A stretch of 64,000 nucleotides of DNA, taken from assembly GCA_963750015.1 (NCBI GenBank), contig CAVVPU010000134.1, positions 7,137 to 71,136 of the forward strand, read 5' to 3'. Of the stretch, positions 37,285-47,475 are shown one piece after another. Origin of the DNA: an uncultured delta proteobacterium. Its GTDB lineage: Bacteria > Desulfobacterota > Syntrophorhabdia > Syntrophorhabdales > WCHB1-27. Every line of letters begins with the position of its first letter. Position 1 is the stretch's first letter. Both the position numbers and the translations under genes were made by a program. The notes beneath the pieces are model-generated. The model did no database searches. It was not told where the DNA came from and saw only the letters and a list, made by a program, of their open reading frames with translations.

Positions 37285-38037
37285 ATGTCCGGACATAGCA
37301 AATGGAGTACGATTAAGCACAAAAAAGGTGCTGCCGATGCGCGGCGCGGGAAGATTTTCACGAAATTGATTAAGGAAATCACGACCGCTGCGCGGGCGGG
37401 CGGAGGCGACGCCGAGGCCAATCCAAGGCTGCGTGTTGCCGTGCTCAAGGCTAAGGCCGAAAACATGACCAAGGATAACATCGAAAAGGCCATAAAGCGG
37501 GGGACAAGCGCTGCCGAGGGAGGGGAGGCATACGAGGAATATACCTACGAGGGGTACGGGCCCGGTGGCACCGCAATACTCGTCGAAGCGCTCACCGACA
37601 ACAAAAACAGGACGACTGCCGAGATACGCCATATCTTTTCACGATATAACGGCAACCTCGGTGAATCGGGAAGCGTCTCCTGGATCTTCAGCAAGAAAGG
37701 CTATCTTTCTTTTGAAAGGCAGGGCATAGATGAGGATAAAGTAATGGAATTGGCGCTCGAAGCGGGCGCCGAAGACGTGAGAGACGATGAAGAGACCATC
37801 GAAGTCATTACCGGTTTCTCTGACTTCGAGTCTGTAAAGAAGGTCTTCGATGACCACAACATGAAGTACCAGGTCGGTCAGATAGATATGATCCCTCAGA
37901 CCTCTATTAAACTCGAAGGCAAAAGCGCGGAAACCATGCTCAAACTCATGGAAGCCCTTGAAGACTCTGACGACGTCCAGGAGGTTCACGCCAATTTCGA
38001 CATTTCGAACAGTGAAATGGAGAGACTGAGCCAATAA
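37285..38037 (+). CDS. yebC: YebC/PmpR family DNA-binding regulator
   Basis: 250 aa with the hallmark N-terminus [37 protein letters not shown]. Confidence 0.93.
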   Translation: MSGHSKWSTIKHKKGAADARRGKIFTKLIKEITTAARAGGGDAEANPRLRVAVLKAKAENMTKDNIEKAIKRGTSAAEGGEAYEEYTYEGYGPGGTAILVEALTDNKNRTTAEIRHIFSRYNGNLGESGSVSWIFSKKGYLSFERQGIDEDKVMELALEAGAEDVRDDEETIEVITGFSDFESVKKVFDDHNMKYQVGQIDMIPQTSIKLEGKSAETMLKLMEALEDSDDVQEVHANFDISNSEMERLSQ

Positions 38038-38054
38038 AAAGGGCTCTTTAGCGG

Positions 38055-39113
38055 CTAATCCTTGCCCTCGAAGAGTTCTGCATTCCTTGAGTCCCGCTTT
38101 GAGTGATATGCAATCCCCAGATGTTTGAAAGCTTTCTCGGACGCCTTCCTGCCCTGAGAAGTCCGGATAAGAAAACCGCATTTGAGCAGGTATGGCTCGA
38201 CGACCTCGATGAGGACATCCGATTCGAGTTGAAGGGTGGCAGCCAGGGCTTCGATTCCCGCCGGACCTCCTTTATAGTTGAGGATAATCACCTTGAGCAG
38301 CTTCCTATCGAGCTCGCTCAAGCCCTGCTCGTCGATGCCTTCCAGGGCGAGGGCATCCATGGCAACACGGAGGGTGATGATACCCTTTGCCCTCACCTGG
38401 GCAAAGTCCCGGACCCTTTTCAGCAGCCTGTTCGCAACCCTCGGCGTACCCCTCGATCTTCTCGCAATTTCATAGGCGCCCTCTTCGTCTACTGCGATCT
38501 TTAATATGAGGGCTGATCGTTTGACGATCCGTATCAAGTCTTTGTCCTCGTAAAAGTCGAGATCCCTCACTATGCCGAACCTGTCCCTCAGCGGAGAAGA
38601 CAGAAGGCCCGATCTCGTCGTCGCCCCTATCAGGGTGAACTGCTCCAAACGGTACCGGTGCGTGCGGGCATGAACACCACGATCGAAGATAAAGTCAACG
38701 GCAAAATCTTCCATGGCAGGATAAAGGAACTCCTCCACGATCTTTGGTATCCGGTGTATCTCGTCGATGAAGAAGATGTCTCCCCGCTCCATATTGGTAA
38801 GGAGGCCCATCAGATCCCCTCCTTTCTCCAATGCGGGACCGGAGGACGCGATGATCTTCGTGTTCATCTCGTTTGCAATGATATGGGCAAGAGTCGTTTT
38901 ACCGATGCCCGGCGGACCGTTGAGCAGGATATGTTCCAGGGATTCTTCCCTTTTCAGGGCCGCCTGAATAGCTATACGTAGGGTTTCAACGACCTTGTCC
39001 TGGCCTACGTACTCAGAGAGCGCATTGGGTCGCAGGTTGAGGAACTCTTCCTCTTCGGCAACCGTTTCCCCGCCCTTCCCTTCCGTCAACCCGTCCGATT
39101 CGTCGTATATCAA
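38055..39113 (-). CDS. ruvB: Holliday junction helicase RuvB
   Basis: 352-aa AAA+ protein. [12 protein letters not shown], Walker [19 protein letters not shown]. Confidence 0.96.
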   Translation of the reverse strand: MIYDESDGLTEGKGGETVAEEEEFLNLRPNALSEYVGQDKVVETLRIAIQAALKREESLEHILLNGPPGIGKTTLAHIIANEMNTKIIASSGPALEKGGDLMGLLTNMERGDIFFIDEIHRIPKIVEEFLYPAMEDFAVDFIFDRGVHARTHRYRLEQFTLIGATTRSGLLSSPLRDRFGIVRDLDFYEDKDLIRIVKRSALILKIAVDEEGAYEIARRSRGTPRVANRLLKRVRDFAQVRAKGIITLRVAMDALALEGIDEQGLSELDRKLLKVIILNYKGGPAGIEALAATLQLESDVLIEVVEPYLLKCGFLIRTSQGRKASEKAFKHLGIAYHSKRDSRNAELFEGKD

Positions 39114-39724
39114 TTCTTCTGACCTCTATATACTTCCTCAAAAAGTTCCTCTGAAGAGACGATGGAAGGACGCCTCTTCATGGCTTCTTGAATCAGCTTC
39201 CTGGCCTCGGTCGGTCTGTGTCCGAGTTGGCTTACGAGGACAGCCTCCACCTCTGTCTTGAAATCTTCCGGTACCTCGGCAGGAAGCTCCAATTCGGGCA
39301 TAAGCGCATATTTAGCCGCTTTCCCCTTCAGAGCGGCCACTATTTTCTCGGCCTTCCTTTCTCCGATTCCCTTGAGCTGTTTGAGGTCCTTAACGGACTT
39401 ATCCTCGATGAAGCGGGCTATCTCCCGCACCGGTTTCGTGAGGGCCCGGATCGCAAGGTTTGGTCCGATATCCTCGACCGTGATGAACAGCTCGAAGAAC
39501 TCTTTATCCAGCTCCGAGCGGAACCCCACGAGCACGGGTTTAGGCTGCCTTTCGGTCTGATTATACGAAATGTATAACTTAAGCCCATCCTCCACCTTGG
39601 TGGTCCGCCGGATTTCATTCATGACATAGGCCGGGATCAGAATCTCGTAACCCACGCCTCCGACGCCAAGGGTGACCTTGTCAATGTACACCTTTTTTAG
39701 AGAGCCTTCCAGGTATGATATCAC
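39110..39724 (-). CDS. ruvA: Holliday junction DNA-binding protein RuvA
   Basis: 204 aa. [10 protein letters not shown]-terminus and an HhH region ([16 protein letters not shown]). Overlaps the ruvB start. Confidence 0.92.
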   Translation of the reverse strand: MISYLEGSLKKVYIDKVTLGVGGVGYEILIPAYVMNEIRRTTKVEDGLKLYISYNQTERQPKPVLVGFRSELDKEFFELFITVEDIGPNLAIRALTKPVREIARFIEDKSVKDLKQLKGIGERKAEKIVAALKGKAAKYALMPELELPAEVPEDFKTEVEAVLVSQLGHRPTEARKLIQEAMKRRPSIVSSEELFEEVYRGQKN

Positions 39725-40202
39725 TCTTCCCCCGATAGCCCCTGTAAAAAACCGTCAAGGCAACGGCCAGGGCATCCGCGATATGAAACGATTTCAACTC
39801 ATTGGCGCCAAGCGTCTTTCTCACCACTTCCCTGATTTGAATCTTTGTTGCACCCCCGTAGGACACCAGAGCGTTTTTCACCTCTCTGGGAGTGACCTCA
39901 ACGACAGTGACGTCGTGACGAAAGGCCGAAAGGTATATAATGGCCATCACGCCGCCCAGCAATATGCCGGCCTTAGGATACCTTACCATGGAAAATATAT
40001 TCTCCACAGCCAGGACTTCGGGCTTCAACGTCTCGAGGAGATAGTTCAGATCCTCGTGGATCTGGAAAAGGCGCCTCGATACGTGATCTTTGGGAGAGGT
40101 CTTGATGGAACCGCATCTTTGCAAGGAAACAACAGTCGCTCCACAGGTGATGGTGCCGAACCCTGTGCTCGCAAGCCCCGGATCTATGCCAAGAATAACC
40201 AT
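39681..40202 (-). CDS. ruvC: Holliday junction resolvase RuvC
   Basis: 173 aa. MVILGIDPGLASTGFG catalytic N-terminus. Its 3' end overlaps ruvA by 44 nt. Confidence 0.92.
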   Translation of the reverse strand: MVILGIDPGLASTGFGTITCGATVVSLQRCGSIKTSPKDHVSRRLFQIHEDLNYLLETLKPEVLAVENIFSMVRYPKAGILLGGVMAIIYLSAFRHDVTVVEVTPREVKNALVSYGGATKIQIREVVRKTLGANELKSFHIADALAVALTVFYRGYRGKSDIIPGRLSKKGVH

Positions 40203-40327
40203 CGAACAGCCCGTAATGTTTTTCCCATAATCCGGGGCTTACCGCAAGAGAAAACTATAGGGATAACGTAAAGTCATGTTGTTTGAGGCTGTGAAGAAAA
40301 GCGGGCGGACTCGAAAAATGAGACGAG

Positions 40328-41188
40328 TCAAGAGAGGTTGATGTGCTTCACCTCGCCTGCCTGGCCCGAAAATCCCAGGTCCTTCCCATTATAGATGAGC
40401 TTGACGCCTGCCGCATTGCCGATGAGAAGGTCGAAACAATCCTTCGCGTTGAGTATCACCACCTCTTCGGGGTTCAACATGAACTCTTTCGTTTGCGTCC
40501 CGTCGATGATGATCCTCAGCCAGGTCCTTTCCTGGCACGTGATGGTCAGTTTCTTCTTTTCAAGGACAAGGCTGTCTTCCTGCTTATCGCTTGACGTCGC
40601 CGGTTGGTTCTGATTCACGTCGGCCGATTCGACCGAGCTCGTCTGAAGGGCTTGATATGCTTTTGTTCCGTCCGTCTGCGTCGTCACGGCCGAAGCTTCC
40701 TGAGGATTCGCCGCAGCCGGAGTGGCAGTCACGGCGGCAGTCTGGTATGTGTTCTCTGCACTTTGGGCGGGGCGGGTGACATAAGAGGGCCGAGGTAGGT
40801 TCTGAAATACGAAGAACCCAATGACAGCAGCTCCCAAAACTGCTGCACCTATTATCTTCTTCCGGTCCCATGGCTTGGAACGTGCCCTCTCTTTCTGCGG
40901 CTTTGCCGGCGTTGGCGCCATTTCGTCGGACGGTGCCGTTATGGGCTCCGGAGCGGCCGGGAGCATAGTAGCCTCTACCGCGTCCTGCACCTTAAGAAAG
41001 GCAGTGTACTGAGTCACGTATCCCCTTACATAAACGGGATGAGGCAGGTTTTCCCAGTTTCCGGCCTCGATAGCCTCTATCACGCGTTTTCTTATAAAAA
41101 GCGCAGTCGAGACCTGATCGTAAGTCAGCCCTCTCTCTTCCCGCGCTGTCTTGAGCAATTCTCCTATTTTGCAAAGGTCAAAAGGCAT
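40328..41188 (-). CDS. RodZ-like HTH membrane protein
   Basis: XRE-type HTH (ELLKTAREERGLTYDQVSTALFIRKRVIEAIEAGNWENLP), a central TM and a C-terminal DUF4115-like beta domain (WLRIIIDG...). Start set at ATG 41188 behind a GGGGAGGGGGG RBS. Confidence 0.7.
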   Translation of the reverse strand: MPFDLCKIGELLKTAREERGLTYDQVSTALFIRKRVIEAIEAGNWENLPHPVYVRGYVTQYTAFLKVQDAVEATMLPAAPEPITAPSDEMAPTPAKPQKERARSKPWDRKKIIGAAVLGAAVIGFFVFQNLPRPSYVTRPAQSAENTYQTAAVTATPAAANPQEASAVTTQTDGTKAYQALQTSSVESADVNQNQPATSSDKQEDSLVLEKKKLTITCQERTWLRIIIDGTQTKEFMLNPEEVVILNAKDCFDLLIGNAAGVKLIYNGKDLGFSGQAGEVKHINLS

Positions 41189-41605
41189 TTCCCCCCTCCC
41201 CCTAAACCGCATGGCTTGTTTTGCACATTCTATAAAATATGCTTTTCCATGTCACCAAAAAACTTCATGCAACCATATAATAATACTCTTGATCCAGCCA
41301 TTTGCAATACCCCGGTCCGCGTCGACCTCGGACCGCACAAGATCATCAACGTCACAACTTGCAATCCTTATACCACAAACTCCAGCCTCCTGCCCCGTGT
41401 CAATTCTCCGCTATTCCCACGAATCCATCGCAAATTGAAGCGAAATGGGCGAAAGATGGGGCTCATAGCTTCTACAGTACTCCTAGTGAACATATCCACA
41501 GGCAGTCAGGAACACTCCTATCAGGAGTTCAGGAGAAAACTCACTTCGTCATTCCCTGTCAAAATTCCGTCTCAGTACGAGGAAGCCACAGCCACAGACG
41601 AACGG

Positions 41606-42784
41606 TCACCCTCGACTCTTTCGTTGATACTCTATGGTCTCAGTCGGGGTCACGATGGAAAGGGAGGACCCTGCCTCCTGGAATTCAGTCCGGCCGATCA
41701 CACGCGCGCTCACGCCGAACTTCTCCGATATATCGATAATTCCCGCACTCGCCACAGGATCGCAACAAATCTCCATTCGGTGACCCATGTTAAAAACCCT
41801 AAACATCTCCCTTTTGGGGAGGTCAGTGCACTTTTCGAGAAAATCGAAAATCGGCGGCGCGGGAAAAAGGTTGTCTTTCACATAGCGGATCTTCTCACCG
41901 AAGTTAAGGCATTTCGTCTGTCCGCCGCCCGTATTGTGAAAAATGGCCGAGATATGGCCCCTGTACCCTTCCAGTATATCCTTGATAATCGGAGCATACG
42001 TGCGCGTCGGGGACAAGAGCGCCTCGCCGATAGTCACAGGCGTCCCGGGCAGGCTATCGTCGATGTCGAATTTGCCGCTATAGGCTATGCCCCCTATATC
42101 GGGAGCAAAGGTTTCCGGGAACTCTTCACGGTAACGGCCGGTAAGCAATTCATGGCGCAACGAGGTAAAGCCATTGCTCCCCACCCCTGAATTGTATGAT
42201 GATTCATATTTTGCCTGGCCAAAGGATGCGAGCCCCACGATCGCCTGACCATGGCGTACCTTGCTGCAGTCGATAAAATCCTTCCTTGCCATACGGGTGG
42301 CAAGGACTGAATCGACGACAATGGTCCTGACGAGATCGCCTATATCCGCGGTTTCACCGCCGCACGAATGAATCAGTATGCCCAGGGAACCGAGTCTTTC
42401 GGCGAGCTCCTCGTAGCCCGTTATCACCGCTCGGAGCACTTCGCCCGGAACCAGCTTAGCATTTCTTCCGATCGTGTTGGAAAGCACAAAAGGACCCATG
42501 GCGCCCACACATGTAAGGTCGTCCAGATTCATGACGAGGGAATCCTGCGCAATGCCGCGAAATATGGAAGCATTTCCGTGTCGGCGAAAATGTATGTAGG
42601 CAACGGCCGATTTAGTACCGGCCCCGTCAGCGTGCAAAAGAAAACAGTGTTCCGGCGAATTCCCGTACACATCAGGGAGCACCTTGCAAAATGCCCCGGG
42701 AAAAAGACCCGATTCGAGCCCCTCGATGGCTGCTTTGACCTCCGATTTGTCAGCGGATACTCCACGATCCTCGTACGTTGGCAT
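41606..42784 (-). CDS. AIR synthase-related protein (PurM-like)
   Basis: About 392 aa. PurM-superfamily features (HADGAGTKS, GGETA, HNTGGGQTK). Start set at MPTYEDRGVS. The exact enzyme is not certain. Confidence 0.65.
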   Translation of the reverse strand: MPTYEDRGVSADKSEVKAAIEGLESGLFPGAFCKVLPDVYGNSPEHCFLLHADGAGTKSAVAYIHFRRHGNASIFRGIAQDSLVMNLDDLTCVGAMGPFVLSNTIGRNAKLVPGEVLRAVITGYEELAERLGSLGILIHSCGGETADIGDLVRTIVVDSVLATRMARKDFIDCSKVRHGQAIVGLASFGQAKYESSYNSGVGSNGFTSLRHELLTGRYREEFPETFAPDIGGIAYSGKFDIDDSLPGTPVTIGEALLSPTRTYAPIIKDILEGYRGHISAIFHNTGGGQTKCLNFGEKIRYVKDNLFPAPPIFDFLEKCTDLPKREMFRVFNMGHRMEICCDPVASAGIIDISEKFGVSARVIGRTEFQEAGSSLSIVTPTETIEYQRKSRG

Positions 42785-43043
42785 ACTCTTTCCTCTATCC
42801 CTTCCCGGCATCGCGTTCGCCGGCGCAGCCTACAGCCCGCCGCCTCCCCTCTCCCCATAGCGCCCCAGGGTCTCGTGAAGGACAGCAGACATGCGACGAG
42901 TCAAGTCTCTCTCTGACGCTACATATTGTAACAGAATATCGGGCTTATCGGAAAGTCCTTCATGCGCGAAATTGTCAGGTGAGAAATTGCTCCTGGAGTG
43001 AAAATATAGGATTATGGAAAATTATGGATTCAAACGGAGAATT

Positions 43044-43091
43044 TGGTGCGCCCAGCAGGAATCGAACCTGCAACCTTTGGATTCGTAGAGC
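43044..43091 (-). pseudogene. 3' fragment of a tRNA-Arg(ACG) gene (anticodon loop to CCA end only)
   Basis: Minus strand GCTCTACGAATCCAAAGGTTGCAGGTTCGATTCCTGCTGGGCGCACCA. This gives loop CTACGAA, a T arm, a 3' acceptor strand and CCA. The 5' acceptor strand, D arm and a matching 5' anticodon-stem strand are absent. Confidence 0.75.
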
Positions 43092-43448
43092 AAAAAAGCT
43101 GAATCAAGGAGTCCTTGATTTCGGTCTGATTCCCCGTAAGTCCTTGAAACAGTGGTCCTTTGGATTTTCCACATAGTTCGGTTTGTTCTATCTATTTCCG
43201 TCTCTTTCAGTCTCTTTTATCACAATTCTATCACACGAAAAATCTCTGGGAAGCCCGTCGTGTCCCGTTCACGCCGCGTCCCTTGATTGCGAGCACACTT
43301 GCTGTGGCTTCAGGAAGGAGTTCTCTCGGGCGCGAAATGTTGATACTCGTCTAAGTATTTCGCTCTCCTCGGCTGCACCTGCAAATCGAATGCAGAGCAG
43401 TTCGCTGAAGCTTATCGATTTCATTAAAAGCCGCCATATAGCTTACGT

Positions 43449-44390
43449 TCATTCCAGTCGGAAAGCGATCGGTATGATGACCTCCGCCTTCGATGGAGGC
43501 TTGGGGTAAGGCTGCAATGTCTGGACTGTTTTGATCACGGTCTGGTCGAGGAGATCGTGACCGGAGCTCTTGATCACCCTGGCGGCTTCCACGGTACCGT
43601 TTTCCAGTATCACGAAGGCGACGGTCAACGAACCCTTCCAGCCCATCCGCCGGGCGGTATAGGGGTATTTAAGGTTGTTGACGATCAGATCGCGGATATA
43701 GCCGAAATTGTGGGCCATATATTCTTTCGTTTCCCCATCTCGGCTACCGCCCATGCCGTGGCCGGTTGAGGAACCCGGATTGCTTGCGCCTGATCCCACC
43801 TCTGCCGCGCCCGCTCTCGTTCCGCCTTGCGGGCCTTGTCCTTCGGCTGCGCCTCCAAAAGTCGCCGTTCGGGGGGCCGTCGCGGAGGATACGGATAACG
43901 TAGAACTCACAGTCGCCGAAGCCATGTCCGTCGGTGTCTCGTTTTTCGCCTCCGGTACGAAAGGTTTCGAGGCCGCGGGAATGGCCGATTCGGGGCGTCT
44001 ATCGTGACTGCCCCTCGTTATGTCCGGGGAGACCACTTTCCTTGTGACCGGAGCCCGGCCTCGTTCCACGAGACCTCTTTCTTCCGTCGGCTCGGAGTCC
44101 GCGAGAAAAACGGTAATGGTCTCCTGATGCTTCTTCACGTAATCCGTGGAGCAGACGATCGCGATGGCGATAACGGCCGCGTGGAGCATGATGGAGACGA
44201 TGAGCCCCCTGCCGATATCCTTTTCTCCTGCCCACCGAATATTCATCCTTCTGCTTCTTGAAGGAACCGGTTGCCCGGCCGTGGCAATCGCGCGCGCCTC
44301 GCCATCGCCGAAAGGAATGCCCGTCCAAGGCACCGTACCGGAAATCTCCTTGCTGCAGAGCAATGAGCCGTCAATAATCTCGTGGTGCAT
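43449..44390 (-). CDS. tonB: TonB family energy transducer
   Basis: TM helix (LIVSIMLHAAVIAIAIV), a low-complexity spacer and a TonB C-domain (YPYTARRMGWKGSLTVAFVILENGTVEAARVIKSSGHDLLDQTVIKTV). Alternative start at 44246. Confidence 0.8.
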   Translation of the reverse strand: MHHEIIDGSLLCSKEISGTVPWTGIPFGDGEARAIATAGQPVPSRSRRMNIRWAGEKDIGRGLIVSIMLHAAVIAIAIVCSTDYVKKHQETITVFLADSEPTEERGLVERGRAPVTRKVVSPDITRGSHDRRPESAIPAASKPFVPEAKNETPTDMASATVSSTLSVSSATAPRTATFGGAAEGQGPQGGTRAGAAEVGSGASNPGSSTGHGMGGSRDGETKEYMAHNFGYIRDLIVNNLKYPYTARRMGWKGSLTVAFVILENGTVEAARVIKSSGHDLLDQTVIKTVQTLQPYPKPPSKAEVIIPIAFRLE

Positions 44391-44481
44391 GTTCCTTCAC
44401 TCCTGCCCGCCCGTCTCTTCCGGCCATTTGTCTTGAAAGCCGAGGGCGACCGCTTGTTCGACAAGGTTCAAAAGGTCGCGG

Positions 44482-45564
44482 TCAGAGGACATGCGAGCGG
44501 CCAATGCGGCACGATAGAGAGGAAGCCGTTCGTAGATGCCGGAGACCGCGGCGGATATCTGAGCACCGTAAGTGGCTCCGTAGTTCCGGCATGCAACTTT
44601 CGGGAAGAATGCCCCACGCCACTCTATCACTGACATGGACGAGTGCGGCAACGGCCGCCACCACGAGAGGGTCCCGATCGACGGCAGCGAAGTTTGCCGC
44701 AAACAGGTTCCCTTTGTCCTTGGTCAAGCCTGCGGCAATGGACGCTTTGAGGTCGTCGCGACTCACGCCGAAGCGCCCGAGAAGGCGCGCCAGGGACCGC
44801 CGGCTCTCTGGGGTGAGGGAATCCTGCAAGGCCAGAGTCGCCTTGATCGCACTACACACGGTCTTTCCTATAAGCTCCCCCAGGATGGTATGCTTTCCCG
44901 CACTCGTGAGGGGTATACCCGCCTCCAGCCGAGCGGCTACGCCTATCTGGTCTGTGCCCGTTCCGGTAGCCAATCCGTTCGAGTAGCGAGAACCGACATC
45001 GAGTTCCTGGAGCGCTGCGGTTTTTGCCTCCGTCGCCGTCATGACGGCATTAACCATGGCCCCCGGCGTCAGTTCCCGGCCGATGAAAAGCATCGTATTG
45101 ATGGTGCCGTGGAACACGGGGTCCTCATGGGAGACCTTCTCGAATCTCCCGTCGCGCTCGAAGACCGTTGCCGGGTCTCCTGCACGTCCGCCATTCGCCT
45201 CCACGCCCCCCGTGCAGACCGCGACGACGACGAGATTACGAAAAGATGCTTCCTTCGTGATCGCATAGCGCATGTTTGCGGCGGTGCCGAGGGTTGCGCA
45301 AAGGTCTTCGGGCAACCCGTATTGTCGGCACACCACGGACCTGTAGCCTTTCGGGTCGGACGCTGTCAGGCGAAGCGCCGCAGGGTCATGGCCGACAGAC
45401 TCGCACGATTGGTGATTATACAAGTATTCGAGATCCTCGCGCACTCCCCCTGCGGCCGGGCAGGTGGAGATCACCCGGTGAGGCACGAGGAAGCGGCCGT
45501 AGACAATCTTCTCTTCACGATGTATCTCAACGCCTTCATAGTAAGTGCCAAGAAGCATCCCCAT
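44482..45564 (-). CDS. cbiZ: adenosylcobinamide amidohydrolase CbiZ-like protein (3' end probably frameshifted)
   Basis: CbiZ-like motifs (VISTCPAAGG, TAANMRYA, GTINTMLFIG, MTATEAKTAALQEL, ATGTGTDQIGV). The last 40 aa look like out-of-frame junk. A protein-like continuation exists in ORF 44397-44702. Confidence 0.75.
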   Translation of the reverse strand: MGMLLGTYYEGVEIHREEKIVYGRFLVPHRVISTCPAAGGVREDLEYLYNHQSCESVGHDPAALRLTASDPKGYRSVVCRQYGLPEDLCATLGTAANMRYAITKEASFRNLVVVAVCTGGVEANGGRAGDPATVFERDGRFEKVSHEDPVFHGTINTMLFIGRELTPGAMVNAVMTATEAKTAALQELDVGSRYSNGLATGTGTDQIGVAARLEAGIPLTSAGKHTILGELIGKTVCSAIKATLALQDSLTPESRRSLARLLGRFGVSRDDLKASIAAGLTKDKGNLFAANFAAVDRDPLVVAAVAALVHVSDRVAWGILPESCMPELRSHLRCSDIRRGLRHLRTASSLSCRIGRSHVL

Positions 45565-45648
45565 CTCCTGTATGTTTCATCTTTGCACCGGTCGGCCGTC
45601 GAGGGCCCGTTGTCCCGGTTTCCACCCTATCGCTGTCGGGCGAGGCTC

Positions 45649-46449
45649 TTATCCCTTCGCAACGGTATTCTCCTCCGGTATGAGAAATACCCCCGGTCTT
45701 CCGGAGACCGGGTTTTTCGTCACGATGACCGCCGTGTGGTATACCTCTTCAATGGTCCGGTAAGTCAGCACCTCTTCGGGGGTGCCGTCTTTCCAGAGCA
45801 TTCCGTCATTGAGCAGGAACAACCTGTCGCAGTATTGGCTCGCGAGGTTGAGATCATGGAGCACGACCATGACCGTGAGGCCTTTATCCCTGTTCAGCGT
45901 TCTTATCAGGTCGAGGACCCTTGCCTGATGGCCGATGTCGAGGTGGCTCGTGGGCTCGTCGAGAAGGAGCAGCACCGGCTCCTGCGCAAGGGCTCGGGCA
46001 ATGAAGGCAAGCTGCCTCTCCCCGCTGCTCAGGCTATCCACGAAACGGCTCCTCAGGTGCCGGATGCCGGTAAGGTCCATGACCGATCCGGCTATGTCGA
46101 GGTCCGACCTTTTCTCCATGAGCTGCAAACCTTTTCTGTGGGGTATCCTGCCGAGAAGCACGAGGTCTTCGACCCTCATCTGCACGTCGAGATCGTGCAA
46201 CCTTCCCACGACGGCCACCTGTTGGGCCAGCTCGTGCAAGCTCAGAGTGGAAAGCGGTTTCCCTTTGAACAGCACTTCTCCCTGGGCAAGTCTTATCGCC
46301 CTGGTGACCGCCCTTATGAGGGTCGTTTTTCCAGACCCGTTCGGGCCTATCACGCCGACGAGGCCTCCGTCTTCTACGCGGACATTGATATCCTTGAGGA
46401 CGAAACGTTCGTCGTAGCGGCAGCTCACATGACGGAGCTCCAGCATCAT
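45649..46449 (-). CDS. btuD: iron-siderophore/cobalamin type ABC transporter ATPase
   Basis: 266 aa. Walker A GPNGSGKTT, signature LSSGERQ, Walker B LLLLDEP. Confidence 0.9.
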   Translation of the reverse strand: MMLELRHVSCRYDERFVLKDINVRVEDGGLVGVIGPNGSGKTTLIRAVTRAIRLAQGEVLFKGKPLSTLSLHELAQQVAVVGRLHDLDVQMRVEDLVLLGRIPHRKGLQLMEKRSDLDIAGSVMDLTGIRHLRSRFVDSLSSGERQLAFIARALAQEPVLLLLDEPTSHLDIGHQARVLDLIRTLNRDKGLTVMVVLHDLNLASQYCDRLFLLNDGMLWKDGTPEEVLTYRTIEEVYHTAVIVTKNPVSGRPGVFLIPEENTVAKG

Positions 46450-47462
46450 CTGCCCCTCATGCCCTTCGTTCGTCTCATCATCGCGTAAATAAAGAGGACG
46501 CCGCCGAATAGGCCGGTGACCACCCCTACGGGCAGCTCAAGGGGCTGTGCCACGTTCTTGGCCACGGCGTCGCAGAAAATGAGGAAGATCGCCCCCGAGA
46601 TAAAGGAGGAGACAAGAAGAATACGGTGGTCGGTCCCGGCGAACATACGGACGAAGTGCGGTACGACCAAACCCACGAAACCTATGGCCCCCACGAGAGA
46701 AACGGACAGGCCCGTCAGAAGGGACGCGAGAAGGAGAAGGAGCCGTTTGGTTCTTTCTACGTTCACCCCGAGGTGGAGGGCGTCCTCTTCCCCCACAGAC
46801 AGGGCGTTAAGATCGAAGCAGAAGAGATAGGCGACGACAAGACCTGAGATGGCGGCGACGAGCGCTACTTTCACGGGGAGCCAGTCGGTGTCACCTAACG
46901 AGCCTATGATCCAGAACAGGATATTGTGGAGATCCTCGATACGCGAGATGGACATGATCAAAAGCACTGCGGAAGATGATATGAAGCTGATCATGACGCC
47001 GGTGAGAAGGAGGCCCTGAAGGTTGAGGACCGATCTGTTGATGCCGAGGGAGAGAAACACGATGACGCAGGCGGCCCCTAAAAAACCGAAAGCGGGCAGC
47101 GAGTAGACGCCGAGCAGGCCGGTCAGGCCGAGTACCGTGCCCAGGGCGACACCGAGAGCCGCGCCTCCTGAGATGCCGAGTGTATAGGGCTCGACCAGAG
47201 GGTTCCTGAACATGGCCTGGAGCATCACCCCGGAAAGGCTCAAGCTGCCGCCGATGGCGAAGCCCAGAAGGATCCGGGGCAGGCGTATGTCGAAAAGGAT
47301 GGTGTACTCGGTCGCGCTCCCCTTCCCCCCGAACATGAGGCGCGCTATCCTGCCCGGATGCATGCCCGCGGGTCCGAGGATAAGCGAGAGGGCCGATACC
47401 GCCAGAAGGATGACGATCAGGCCAATCAGAATAGCGCACCATTTGAAGAGTCTCTTCTCCAA
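46446..47462 (-). CDS. btuC: FecCD/BtuC family ABC permease
   Basis: 338-aa polytopic protein with FecCD-family features (RLPRILLGFAIGGSLSLSGVMLQ, GAIGFVGLVVPH). Confidence 0.9.
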   Translation of the reverse strand: MEKRLFKWCAILIGLIVILLAVSALSLILGPAGMHPGRIARLMFGGKGSATEYTILFDIRLPRILLGFAIGGSLSLSGVMLQAMFRNPLVEPYTLGISGGAALGVALGTVLGLTGLLGVYSLPAFGFLGAACVIVFLSLGINRSVLNLQGLLLTGVMISFISSSAVLLIMSISRIEDLHNILFWIIGSLGDTDWLPVKVALVAAISGLVVAYLFCFDLNALSVGEEDALHLGVNVERTKRLLLLLASLLTGLSVSLVGAIGFVGLVVPHFVRMFAGTDHRILLVSSFISGAIFLIFCDAVAKNVAQPLELPVGVVTGLFGGVLFIYAMMRRTKGMRGR

Positions 47463-47475
47463 CCTGTTCTCGCTT

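Noticed and set aside
38038-38054. Bidirectional terminator between convergent yebC and ruvB
   Set aside because: There is only a 5-bp stem (GAGCC/GGCTC) with a 9-nt loop, which is too weak to call.
43092-43340. Possibility that the tRNA-Arg is intact but split by an intron or has its 5' half further upstream
   Set aside because: The only acceptor-complementary candidate (CGGGCGC at 43327-43333) is followed by sequence with no D-arm features, and no group I intron-like core was seen. I treat it as a genuine 3' fragment.
44635-46488. 617-aa plus-strand ORF spanning the cbiZ and btuD region
   Set aside because: It is antisense to two genes with clear family motifs (CbiZ, ABC ATPase Walker motifs). 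Its sequence is Arg/His-rich and spans an intergenic gap of the opposite strand, so it is a GC-driven shadow ORF.
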